Below, piece by piece: positions 27,701 to 40,637 of a stretch of 64,000 bases of DNA. The notes beneath the pieces are model-generated. The model did no database searches. It was not told the DNA's origin and was given only the letters and a program-made list of their open reading frames with translations. The position numbers and the translations under genes are program-made. Source of the stretch: Eledone cirrhosa (taxonomy: Eukaryota); contig OZ024745.1 in NCBI GenBank assembly GCA_964016885.1, positions 21,018,001 to 21,082,000 on the forward strand, in the 5' to 3' direction. Positions within the stretch are counted from its first letter, which is position 1, and every line of letters begins with the position of its first letter.

Positions 27701-30215
27701 TGTGATGTATATGTGATGTATATGTGATGTATATGTGATGTATATGTGATGTATGTGTGATGTATGTGTGATGTATATGTGATGTATGTGTGATGTATGT
27801 GTGATGTATGTGTGATGTATGTGTGATGTATATGTGATGTATGTGTGATGTATGTGTGATGTATATGTGATGTATATGTGATGTATGTGTGATATATATG
27901 TGATGTATGTGTGATGTATATGTGATGTATGTGTGATGTATGTGTAATGTATGTGTGATGTATATGTGATGTATATGTGATGTATGTGTGATGTATGTGT
28001 GATGTATGTGTGATGTATGTGTGATGTATATGTGATGTATGTGTGATGTATATGTGATGTATGTGTGATGTATGTGTGATGTATGTGTGATGTATATGTG
28101 ATGTATGTGTGATGTATATGTGATGTATGTGTGATGTATGTGTGATGTATGTGTGATGTATATGTGATGTATATGTGATATATATGTGATGTATGTGTGA
28201 TGTATATGTGATGTATGTGTGATGTATGTGTGATGTATATGTGATGTATGTGTGATGTATGTGTGATGTATGTGTGATGTATATGTGATGTATGTGTGAT
28301 GTATGTGTGATATATATGTGATGTATGTGTGATGTATATGTGATGTATGTGTGATGTATGTGTGATCTATATGTGATGTATATGTGATGTATATGTGATG
28401 TATGTGTGATGTATATGTGATGTATATGTGATGTATATGTGATGTATGTGTGATGTATGTGTGATGTATGTGTGATGTATATGTGATGTATATGTGATGT
28501 ATGTGTGATATATGTGTGATGTATATGTGATGTATGTGTGATGTATGTGTGATGTATATGTGATGTATGTGTGATGTATGTGTGATGTATATGTGATGTA
28601 TATGTGATGTATGTGTGATGTATATGTGATGTATGTGTGATGTATATGTGATGTATATGTGATGTATATGTGATGTATATGTGATGTATGTGTGATGTAT
28701 GTGTGATGGATATGTGATGTATGTGTGATGTATGTGTGATGTATGTGTGATGTATATGTGATGTATGTGTGATGTATGTGTGATATATATGTGATTTATG
28801 TGTGAAGTATATGTGATGTATATGTGATGTATATGTGATGTATGTGTGATGTATATGTGATGTATGTGTGATGTATGTGTGATGTATATGTGATGTATGT
28901 GTGATGTATATGTGATGTATGTGTGATGTATGTGTGATATATATGTGATGTATGTGTGATGTATATGTGATGTATATGTGATTTATATGTGCTGTATGTG
29001 TGATGTATGTGTGATTTATGTGTGATGTATATGTGATGTATGTGTGATGTATATGGGATGTATATGTGATGTATATGTGATGTATGTGTCATGTATATGT
29101 GATGTATGTGTGATGTATGTGTGATGTATATGTGATGTATGTGTGATGTATATGTGATGTATATGTGATGTATATGTGATGTATATGTGATGTATATGTA
29201 ATGTATGTGTGATGTATATGTGATGTATATGTGATGTATGTGTGATGTATATGTGATGTATGTGTGATGTATGTGTGATGTATGTGTGATGTATGTGTGA
29301 TGTATATGTGATGTATGTGTGATGTATGTGTGATGTATGTGTGATGTATATGTGATGTATGTGTGATGTATATGTGATGTATATGTAATGTATGTGTGAT
29401 GTATATGTGATGTATATGTGATGTATGTGTGATGTATATGTGATGTATATGTAATGTATGTGTGATGTATATGTGATGTATGTGTGATATATATGTGATG
29501 TATATGTGATGTATGTGTGATGTATATGTGATGTATATGTAATGTATGTGTGATGTATATGTGATGTATGTGTGATGTATGTGTGATGTATATGTGATGT
29601 ATGTGTGATGTATGTGTGATGTATGTGTGATGTATGTGTGATGTATGTGTGATGTATATGTGATGTATATGTGATGTATATGTGATGTATGTGTGATGTA
29701 TATGTGATGTATATGTAATGTATGTGTGATGTATATGTGATGTATGTGTGATGTATGTGTGATGTATATGTGATGTATGTGTGATGTATGTGTGATGTAT
29801 GTGTGATGTATGTGTGATGTATATGTGATGTATATGTAATGTATGTGTGATGTATATGTGATGTATGTGTGATGTATGTGTGATGTATGTGTGATATATA
29901 TGTGATGTATGTGTGATGTATGTGTGATGTATATGTGATGTATGTGTGATGTATATGTGATGTATGTGTGATTTATATGTGATGTATATGTGATGTATGT
30001 GTGATGTATGTGTGATGTATGTGTGATGTATATGTGATGTATATGTGATGTATGTGTGATGTATATGTGATATATATGTGATGTATATGTGATGTATGTG
30101 TGATGTATATGTGATGTATATGTGATGTATGTGTGATGTATATGTGATATATATGTGATATATATGTGATGTATATGTGATGTATGTGTGATGTATATGT
30201 GATGTATGTGGATGT
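6750..30215. repeat. 11-bp tandem satellite GTGATGTAT(A/G)T, ~23.5 kb, roughly 2100 units
   Basis: Essentially uninterrupted 11-bp period with two dominant variants. The HHTYIT/HTSHI ORFs up to 3366 aa arise because the minus-strand unit has no stop codons. Confidence 0.99.
20664..21817 (-). repeat. Inverted block within the satellite
   Basis: The strand switches at gtgatg-a-catcac (20664) and switches back at cacatgtg (~21817). Confidence 0.97.
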
Positions 30216-30339
30216 GATATTCAAGGAATGTTCCATTAGCTGCTGTGCTGGGGTATGTGAAGGTATCTGGCTCTATGGAACTTTGAGAAGAGCAAAGCAG
30301 TAACCATTTTTGGCTTCTGCATATTTCTCTTGATATGGT

Positions 30340-31500
<1,161 letters not shown>

Positions 31501-31873
31501 TGCTTAATAAAAATATGTTATGCTGCATTGTTTATTTGTTCTCTTTGTCTTTGTTATTTATTGTTTTACTTTTGTTATTATTGATATTGTTTTTATTTTC
31601 TTATTTTTTAAACATTTTTCTTCTTATCAGAGGTTTTATACCTTTATTATGTTTTATTACTTGACTTGTTTCGTATATTGTTTCTTTTGGTTGTGTTCAC
31701 ATACGCACAGACACACACAGACACACAGACACACATACACACAGACACACAGACACACACAGACACACAGACACACATACACACAGACACACAGACACAC
31801 AGACAGACACACAGACAGACACAGACACACAGACAGACACACAGACAGACACACACATACAGACACACACACG

Positions 31874-31913
<40 letters not shown>

Positions 31914-31915
31914 AT

Positions 31916-31947
<32 letters not shown>

Positions 31948-32034
31948 CATATCGTTTTGTTTTGTTTCTTTGTGTTACTTCTAAATAGTTTTGTTCGTGT
32001 TATTGTCATTGTTGTGGTTGTGGAATTCTTTCAT

Positions 32035-32230
32035 TAATATTTATGACCTTCGGAACTTCAAGCTCGGTAATCACTCCCCGGTCGCCCGACATTTCCACTC
32101 CGTTGGCCACACCACACACCACCTCACTGGTTTCGGTTTTGTTGCCATCCCCCCCCCCCGTAATTCTCGCGTCTCCAGAGAGAATAATACCACATCCTCT
32201 CTCTCTATTTTTTCCTTCCCAATGGCCTTC
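32035..32230 (+). pseudogene. Penelope-like GIY-YIG endonuclease C-terminal fragment
   Basis: Translates DLRNFKLGNHSPVARHFHSVGHTTHHLT. This matches the PVAxHF..xGH segment also present in the PLE at 57900-58010. Confidence 0.7.
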
Positions 32231-32470
32231 ATGTGCCACCTCTTTTCCTCCAGTCTGCACTTCTCCCACACTTCGTGCCCATATCCTATCCACTTGTACA
32301 CCAACACACAGGCACTATTGCCAGCACCACATGCCACGTCCGAATGTTATTTGTTTGTTATTTTTCATACATATTATTTTATTATTTTAGTGGTTTATTT
32401 TTTATGGGCGGTGATCATGAGCATCGCCTTAAATAACTCGGGTACTTCTTCCACCAAACTATTTACCGAA

Positions 32471-32484
32471 CAACTAGGTGGCGC
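32471..32484 (+). promoter_or_regulatory. Possible CTCF-like motif
   Basis: CAACTAGGTGGCGC has one mismatch to the CCASYAGRKGGCRS consensus and lies in non-microsatellite DNA. Motif match only. Confidence 0.25.
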
Positions 32485-32944
32485 GACATTAAAAATATAC
32501 ATCGGTTTTTATTTGGTGTCAACGTAAAAACACGTATTTAGTTTTCGTAATATACTTACAACAGCTTTTCAAAAAATGTGTCTCCCCAGCCCCGACAAGT
32601 ATTTTCTATATATACAATTTACTTTCACAAGACATTCATTTAATATTGGCATGTCCCTTATCTCACGTATTTAAAGCAAAGGTTATTTCCCCTGAATATG
32701 GACATAAAACTATCACAATTTTAAAGTAAACCACTCTCTAAAATTCTTCATATATTCCTTTCGGCCTTTCTTACCCTGTTTTCTTTTTCTCTTTATTTTC
32801 TTTAATCTTTGCTGTATCTCCCACTTTGTTTATTCTATTCTATTTATTTATATTTATATATTTAATTCAATCAATTTAAACGTCCATATAGAGCTAGTAA
32901 ACCATGCCCAGGAATTGCAGGTCAAAGAAGAAGTTATAATTACA

Positions 32945-33172
32945 TAGAAGCACGTGGCCTAGTAGTAAGGGTGTTGGACTTATGGCCATAAAGTTCTGGA
33001 TTCATGTTGTTCCAGTATACTCAACTGAAAATGAGTACCAGCAATGGCTGGGAGTTTAAACCTGCAATGGTCTGGCGTCCTGTTCAAGGGTGGGTATTGT
33101 ACTCTCAGTCGATTAAACAGGGATAAGCACCGGCTTGTTAAGCCTCCCGGGCTTGAGACAGACTTAGAGAAC
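32945..33172 (+). mobile_element. tRNA-derived SINE (second family, OR1/V-SINE-like)
   Basis: A-box-like gtggcctagtagtaagg head and cctgcaatgg...gtcctgttcaagg...gggataagc body. Paralog at 50707-50985. Confidence 0.7.
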
Positions 33173-33572
33173 AATTAAGAAGAAGAAAAAAAACACCCAA
33201 GAGGACAACGGGAGACAAAAAAAAACATAATAAAGAAAAATAAGTGAAAAACACAGACAACTAATTTGTTTATGCATAATTGATTTATAATAGTCGTTTA
33301 GTTTACATATTGAGACCTTAACCCATACTATTTATATTATAACATATGAGATTTCTAGTACTATAAAGCAGCTAAAAGTTTGTTTTCGTGGCTACCATCT
33401 ACTGAAACTAAGTCTTCATACATAGAGATTGTCAAGCAAGAGTTCCTTGGTGGTAAATATTATAGCCACATGTATATAAATGTAAATCTTGAAAGTAGTG
33501 ATTTTTTGATCGCGGTTAATTCTTTGTTCTTTTTAAAAGTCCATACATATATCATGTAGAAATACACACATA

Positions 33573-33687
<115 letters not shown>

Positions 33688-33814
33688 ATAACCGTGTAAA
33701 AAGTGCCTCCTGTGTTTTGTTTGTTTCCTGTATTACCTATATATGTACATACATAGATATATTACAAATGTGTGTGTGCGTGTGTAAGTGCGTATGTATA
33801 TATATATATATTTA

Positions 33815-33868
<54 letters not shown>

Positions 33869-33925
33869 TATTATATATAAAAGATGTATTCATTTATATA
33901 TATGGATATGTATAGCAAACACACG

Positions 33926-33977
<52 letters not shown>

Positions 33978-34010
33978 CATGTATATATACATATATATAA
34001 ATATATATAA

Positions 34011-34053
<43 letters not shown>

Positions 34054-34070
34054 TACATATATATATTTAA

Positions 34071-34147
<77 letters not shown>

Positions 34148-34474
34148 TACATATATATAAATATATATAAATATATAAATATATATACATATATATATAT
34201 ATATGTGTAGACAGAGACTTAGACAGTTTTTACTGCAGTTATTGTTACTATTTTGTTCATAGTATCTATAAGTCTTTCATGCTGTTGATACTATTGTTAA
34301 CATTGTCGTTGTTGCTGTCGTTGTTGTCGTTATTCTGGTTATAGACGATGTCACTACTATTATATCTCTTTATACTTTTCATAATATTATTCTGCTTAAT
34401 TTTACTCTTTTTCTATTTTGTCTTGCTAGAACTCTTCATGTGTTGCTACCACTAGCGTTTTTGTTGCCCTTCTC

Positions 34475-34520
34475 TTGCTGCATTTCCTATTAATATTGTT
34501 GTTGCTGTTGTTGCTGTTGC

Positions 34521-34560
<40 letters not shown>

Positions 34561-34562
34561 GC

Positions 34563-34593
<31 letters not shown>

Positions 34594-34960
34594 GCTGTTG
34601 CTACTGCTGTATTCAAAGTTGTTTCCTTTGTTGCTGTTATTGTTGTTACTTATTCAGTTTTTCTTCTTGTATTTTTATTTTTTTTTTATAAATCGATGAC
34701 ATTGTTCTTGGTATATTTTTATATTGTTGTCGTTATTGCAGTTACTCTTAGTATATTGCTTGTTGTTGTTGTTGTTGTTGTCGTTGTCGTTGTTGTTGTT
34801 GTTGTTGTTTTTGTTGTATATCAGTTGCTGTTTCTGTTATTGTTTGTGTTTTATATTGAGACGATGTTTTCTGTCTGTTTACGTTAATTCTGGTGCTATC
34901 GTTGCTGTTGTTGAAGTTAGTTGTTGTTGAAGTTGTTGTTGTTGTCGTCGTTAGTGTCAT
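34475..34960. repeat. (GTT)n/(GCT)n trinucleotide low-complexity tract
   Basis: Direct inspection. The poly-L and poly-V ORFs are artefacts. Confidence 0.9.
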
Positions 34961-35367
34961 TCTACTGTTTGTTTATTCATGGGGATTTTTTCTGTTTTTC
35001 TGTTTATTTATTGATTTTTTAATTTTTTGTAGATATTATTTGTCGTCTTGATCATCATCATCATCGGGTAGAATTGATAGAGTCTAGGACAAAATGTCTC
35101 ATTGTATTATATCCTGCTCTTTAAGCTCCCAGTTCGAATCTCACTGACGTTAGATTTGTTCTGGGGTCGACAAAATAATGTTTCTGAGATAGGTGGCCTT
35201 ACACAATATGTAGTATATCTTATTTTCCATCACCTGAGGTACGGCATATGTGAATATATACCTGGTTTTCATGACCTAAGATTTAGTAGGCAGAACACAA
35301 CGATCACAACCAGAAGCCACTCATTAGATCTTATCTACATAGAGCCTATTTAGATCAGTATATAAAC

Positions 35368-35685
35368 TGGCACTCCGTTTGGCACGAGTGTTCCAGTTGA
35401 TCCGATCAATGGAACAACCTACTCGTAAAATTACCTGCAAGTGGCTGAGCAGTCCACAGACACGCATACCCTTAACGCAGTTCTCAGGGAGATTCAGCGT
35501 GACCCAGAATGTGACAAAGTTGACCTTCCTAATTACAAATACAACTCATATTTCCCAGCTGAGTGTACTGGAGCAACGTGAAATAAAGTGTCTTGTTGAA
35601 GGACGTAACGCAACTCTGGGAATCGAACTCACGACCTTACGATTGTGAGCCGAATATCCTAACCACAAAGCCAAGCGTCTTCACA
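35368..35685 (-). mobile_element. Near full-length tRNA-derived CORE-type SINE (OR2-like)
   Basis: Minus strand: A-box tggctttgtgg, B-box gagttcgattccc, CORE-like gtccttcaacaagacacttt, then a body shared with 50350-50625. Confidence 0.8.
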
Positions 35686-35769
35686 GATCAGTATATATAA
35701 TAATTTCTACTACAGGAACAAGGCCAGCAATTTGGAGGGAGAGGTAAGTCGATTAAATCGACCCCAGTT

Positions 35770-36225
35770 ACGCACTTTATCGTGTAACGTTACTTCAAAG
35801 ATACTTCGGAGGAGTCCCATTTCATCCCCTTGTATTCGCAATCGTATTCTTTCCGTCATTACCCAATATTCATAACTATAGGTAAGGGTTGACACGAAAA
35901 CCGAATTGAAGATAGCGAGTTTGGCTTTTACACCTACCTCCCTTCTTCTGGTTACTGAATGTTGGAGCTGGCGCATTTACTACACCAGCTTTTGCAATTC
36001 TTGAAATTTAATTCAGTCTCCTACGTTCCATCTCTCGTGAACACGACCATGAGATACTTGATATTCTCTACCTGCTTCATTAGAATTCCATTCACATGTA
36101 GAGTGCACTGCGCATGCTTCCTTGAGAGGACGAGTGTCTCAGTTTTCACAACACTGATTTTCATTCCATCCACCAAGTACTCAGCATCAAACCTATCCAG
36201 TGCAAATTGAAAAGATCATCTTCTG
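35770..36225 (-). pseudogene. RTE-clade LINE reverse transcriptase, C-terminal part (decayed)
   Basis: Translates ...GMKISVVKTETLVL...NIKYL... and KAKLAIFNSVFVSTLTYSYEYWVMTERIRLRIQGDEMGLLRSI, typical of RTE/Expander. Contains stops and frameshifts. Confidence 0.85.
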
Positions 36226-36260
36226 TCTTAAATAGAGAATGTATTCTCTAGCAGACTCCT

Positions 36261-36440
36261 GTGTGCCGAGTGGAGACGAGAGATTGTTCCAGTTACAGAG
36301 GGAACTCCTTGTTAAGCCTCCCCGGTAGAGTCGATGCTAAGTGTCTGGCAAAGAGATGCAGGGAGATTGTCGAGTCCATGCTAGCTGATGAGCAATGTGG
36401 TTTTCACCCCGGTCACAACACAGCCGACCAAATATTCACA
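36261..36440 (+). pseudogene. RTE-clade RT N-terminal fragment, inverted relative to the neighbouring piece
   Basis: CSSYRGNSLLSLPGRVDAKCLAKRCREIVESMLADEQCGFHPGHNTADQIFT matches the RT domain 1-2 pattern CSNYRGITLLSLPGKVY...EEQCGFRPG..T.DQ. Confidence 0.85.
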
Positions 36441-36974
36441 AAAGAAAAAGGAAAAGTTGTGACTAATATTGTAAAGATTTGTATTTGCTATTGTTACATT
36501 TTGCTACGATGTCATTATTGCTGTTGTTATTGTTGTTGATCAAATTGTATTTGCTGTGGTTAAGACATATTACTACCATTTCATTGTTGCTGTTGTTACT
36601 ATTGTTGATTAAATTGTTTGTGCCGCTGTTGTTAAGACGTATTACTCCGATGTCATTGTTGTTGTTGTTGATATTGTGGTACAAATTGTTTTTCCTGTGG
36701 TTAAGACATGTCACTACGATGTCATTGTTACTATTGTTACTATTGTTCTTGTTACAAATGTTAGAGATTTAAGGAGGTTTTTCTTGCTTCTATTATTATT
36801 TGTGTCGCTGTAAATATTGTTATTTATGTTGTCACTACTTTATTTTGATGTGGTTTTTCTTATTTCTGTTTTATTTGTTCATTATGTCTGTTTTATTATC
36901 GCTGTTGTTCCCCACGAACAAGCAGATTTATGACCATAAACATCCTAGCAATGATTATCAAGACTTTTCTTTTT

Positions 36975-37083
<109 letters not shown>

Positions 37084-37084
37084 G

Positions 37085-37199
37085 GCGTGTGGCTGAGTGG
37101 TTAGAGAATTGGATACCCAATCTTAAGGTTGTGAGTTCGATTCCTGGACCGGGCGATGCGTTATATCCTTGAGCAAGACACTTTACTTCACGTTGCTCC
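37085..37199 (+). mobile_element. CORE-type SINE 5' half (tRNA-derived head)
   Basis: A-box TGGCTGAGTGG, B-box GTTCGATTCC, CORE-like tccttgagcaagacacttt. Confidence 0.8.
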
Positions 37200-37332
37200 T
37201 TCTACCCGGAGTGCGACCGATAGATAGTATTACCAATTGGAAAGACCAATGGAAACATTGTTTCCTCGGTCCGATTTGACGAAAGTCGATCGATATATAT
37301 ATAGAGATGAATAGATGTATATGTATATATAA

Positions 37333-37363
<31 letters not shown>

Positions 37364-37533
37364 TATAGATAGGTAAATATACACGGGTGTGTATGATTGT
37401 GTATAGAAGATTATATTAATAAGAGGAATTCCAACTTTGTCTGATTTACTCGTTTTATTTACAATCCTTTAAAATATATATAATGGTATTATAATGAAAT
37501 AGTATGATAGAATATTAAATTCTAAGTGTTAAT

Positions 37534-37572
37534 TGAACAAGTACTTTCATGCTTTCGCAATCTTCAGGTTCA
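37534..37572 (-). ncRNA. Type I minimal hammerhead ribozyme (left arm copy)
   Basis: Exact reverse complement of 37646-37684. Confidence 0.8.
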
Positions 37573-37645
37573 TGATATGTGGTGACAGTCGAGTTTGCAA
37601 TTTTCAACAGTTGAAAATTGCAAACTCGACTGTCACCACACATCA

Positions 37646-37684
37646 TGAACCTGAAGATTGCGAAAGCATGAAAGTACTTGTTCA
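37646..37684 (+). ncRNA. Type I minimal hammerhead ribozyme (right arm copy)
   Basis: TGAAC | CTGAAGA | T TGC GAAA GCA T | GAAA | G TA CTT | GTTCA. 5-bp stem I, GNRA-capped stem II, palindromic stem III (AAGTACTT), predicted cleavage after CUU (37679). Confidence 0.8.
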
Positions 37685-37879
37685 ATTAACACTTAGAATT
37701 TAATATTCTATCATACTATTTCATTATAATACCATTATATATATTTTAAAGGATTGTAAATAAAACGAGTAAATCAGACAAAGTTGGAATTCCTCTTATT
37801 AATATATATATATATATATAGATAGATAGATAGATAGATAGATGTATATGTATGTATAAGTATATATATATATATATAG

Positions 37880-38150
37880 TAAAAAATTGAACGGGAACAA
37901 AACAGAGAGGCAGTACGAACAAAGGTTTATTAGTTTCACGCTCTTGAGAGTGGGGTGGCGGTGACAGACACACATCTCCAAAAGGTGTTTTTTTTCTGAT
38001 TTATTTTCCCTGTTCCTTCCTCTTCTCGCTCTTTATCCTTCTATTTTATCTTTTATTTATAATTCTACCTTCTGACGAAGAAGTTGTGTCCGAAACGTTA
38101 AGACTCTTGTCCTGTTAATTCAAGCGTTTCACTAATGTCTATGTGTATGT
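37880..38150. mobile_element. Divergent pair of PLE pseudo-LTR remnants with degenerate HHR
   Basis: 37880-37960 resembles the PLE 3' end at 56342-56420. The plus strand at 38069-38102 reads CTT-CTGACGA-agaagttgtgtcc-GAAACGTT-AAG. Confidence 0.6.
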
Positions 38151-38264
38151 ATATTTGGTGGTACTACTACTTTTAATGTGTACTTCCATTTTCAGTATAG
38201 TTTGATGGAAAATTACATACTATTTCTTGCAGATTTTTGAACAGGTAAAGGTGTAGTTATTGGC

Positions 38265-40500
38265 GTGTTGTTAGCATTGTTGCCGCTGGTTCTTCATATC
38301 ACTGCTGCTGCTGTTGTTGTTATCATTGTTGTTGCTGCTGTTGTTGTTGTTAGCATTGTTGTTGTTGCTGCCTCATATCACTGCTGCTGCTGTTGTGTTA
38401 GCATTGTTGCTGATAGTTCTTCATATCACTGCTGCTGTTGTTGTTATCATTGTTGCTGCTGCTGTTGTTGTTGTTAGCATTGTTGCTGCTGTTGTTGTTA
38501 TCATTGTTGCTGCTGCTGTCTCGTATCACTGCTGCTGCTGTTGTTGTTATCATTGTTGCTGCTGCTGCCTCATATCACTGTTGCTGCTGCTGTTGTTATC
38601 ATTGTTGCTGCTGCTGTCTCATATCACTGCTGCTGCTGTTGTTGTTACCACTGTTGCTGCTGCTGCCTCATATCGCTGCTGCTGTTGTTGTTATCATTGT
38701 TGCTGCTGCTCTTTTAACATATCACTGCTGCTGCTGCCTCATATTGCTGCTGCTGCTGTTGCTGTTATTGTTGTTGTTCTTATTGTTGTTATTGCAGTTG
38801 TTAATATTTCTGTTTTTGTTTGTTTGTTTTTTATTTCTATTGATGTTATTGATGTCGATGATGTTGTTGTTGTTGTTGTTGCTATCGTTATTGTTATTAT
38901 TGTCACCGTTGTTGTTGTTATTGTTGTTGTTGTTATTGCTGTTGTTGTTATTGCTGTCGATGCTGCTGTTGTTGTTGTTGCTATCGTTATTGTTATTATT
39001 GTCACCGTTGTTGTTGTTATTGCTGTTGTTGTTATTGCTGTTGCTGTTATTGCTGTTGTTGTTATTGCTGTCGATGCTGCTGTTGTTGTTGTTGTTGTTG
39101 CTATCGTTATTGTTATTATTGTCATCGTATGTTGTTATTGATGGAGTTGTTGAGGTTATTGTTGTTATTGATATTGCTGTTGTTGTTATTGTTATTGTTG
39201 CTATTGTTGTTGTTTTTATTGATGTTGCTATTTTTGTTGCTGTTGTTGTTATTGCTGTTGCTGTTGTTGTTGTGATTGTTGTTGTTGTCGTCCTTGTTTT
39301 TGTTGTTGTCCTGGCAAGGGCAGTGGATTGGCAGTACCGGTAGAGGGTCGGACGCCATGCTTTGTAGCAAAGAGTTACGTCCCTTTGTGGTCTGAGTTCA
39401 AATCCTGCCGAGGTTAACTTTGCCCTTCATCCCTACGGGGTCGATAAAATAAAGTACCAGTAATACACTGGAATAATTGCTGGCCTTGTGCCAAACGTAG
39501 AAACAATTATTATTACTGGTAATTTTTTTTGCTGCTGTTTTTGTTATTATTGTTGTGGTTGTTATTGATGCTATTGGCATTGTTGCTGCTGCTGTTGTTG
39601 TTGTTATTGTTGTTGTTGTTGTTGCTGTTATTGTTGTTGTTATTGTTGTTGTTGTTGCTGTGGCTGTTGTTGTTATTGTTGTTGTAGTTGCTGTTGCTGT
39701 TGCTGTTGTTGCTGCTGTTTATGTTGTTTCTGTTGTTATTGTTGTTGTTGCTGTTGCTGTTGTTGTTATTGTTGTTGTTGTTGCTGTTGCTGTTGTTGCT
39801 GCTGTTGTTGTTGTTGTTACTGTTGTTGTTACTGTTGTTTCTGTTCTTATTGTTGCTCTTAATGTTATTTCTGTTGTTGTTGTTGTTGGTGGTCTTGTTA
39901 TTATGGATTTTGTTGTTTGTTGCTGTTCTTATTGTTCATACGGTTGTTGTTGTTGTTATTGGTGATGGTGTTGTTGTTATTGCTGTTATTTTTGGGGTGC
40001 TGTTGTTTTTGTTATTTTTGTTGCTGTTATTGATTTTAATCTTATTGCAGTTGTTGTTGTTACAGTTATTGTCCTTTGTGCTGCTGTTATTGCAGTTGTT
40101 GTTGCTGGTCTCGTCGCTGCTGTTATTGTCGTTTGTGTTGTTGTTATTGCTGTTGTTGTTATTGTTGCTGCACCTGCTACTGCTGTTGTTGTTGCTATTG
40201 CTGTTATTGATTTTGCTGTTGGCATTGTTGTTGTTGTTATCACTGTTGTTATTATCGATGTTGTTGTTTTTATTGCTTTTCTTGTTGTTACTGTTATTTC
40301 AGTTGCTGTTTTTGATGATGTTGTTCCTGTTATTGTTGTTGTCGTTATTGGTGTTGATGTTTTTTTTATGATGTTGTTGTTGCTGTTATTGTTGTTGCTG
40401 TTATTGGTGTTGTTGTCTTTATAGGTGTTGATATATTTTATGATGTTATTGTTACTGTTATTATTGTTGTTGTTGTTGTTATTACTGTTTTTGGTGATAT
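38265..40500. repeat. (GTT/GCT)n low-complexity field with ~45-bp minisatellite (catatcactgctgctgctgttgttgttatcattgttgctgc) at 38290-38750
   Basis: Direct inspection. Interrupted by a SINE at 39318-39512. Confidence 0.9.
39318..39512 (+). mobile_element. Meta-domain-like SINE
   Basis: Head ggattggcagtaccggtagag, B-box gagttcaaatcc, and Meta-like core. Confidence 0.85.
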
Positions 40501-40637
40501 TCTGTATTGTTATGTTTTCTGTCATGTCAGCTGCGTCTATTATGTATTCCTTGCTACCTTCTCTCCATAGAGCTACAGTTGTGATGTGTAATGTCAGTTG
40601 TGTTATTTTCTTCGGTATTAAAGTCTTATTATTAAAA

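Larger units (their letters stand above)
37412..37806. repeat. Near-perfect 395-bp palindrome (197-bp arms, 1-nt spacer at 37609)
   Basis: Centre ttttcaac-a-gttgaaaa. One visible arm mismatch (catgatatgt versus acacatcatg). Confidence 0.95.

Noticed and set aside
6750-30215. CRISPR-like or information-encoding reading of the binary satellite
   Set aside because: No unique spacers and no cas genes. Eukaryotic context, and unequal exchange explains the pattern.
37085-37160. Possible tRNA gene
   Set aside because: A and B boxes are present but continue into a CORE-like SINE body. No proper cloverleaf.
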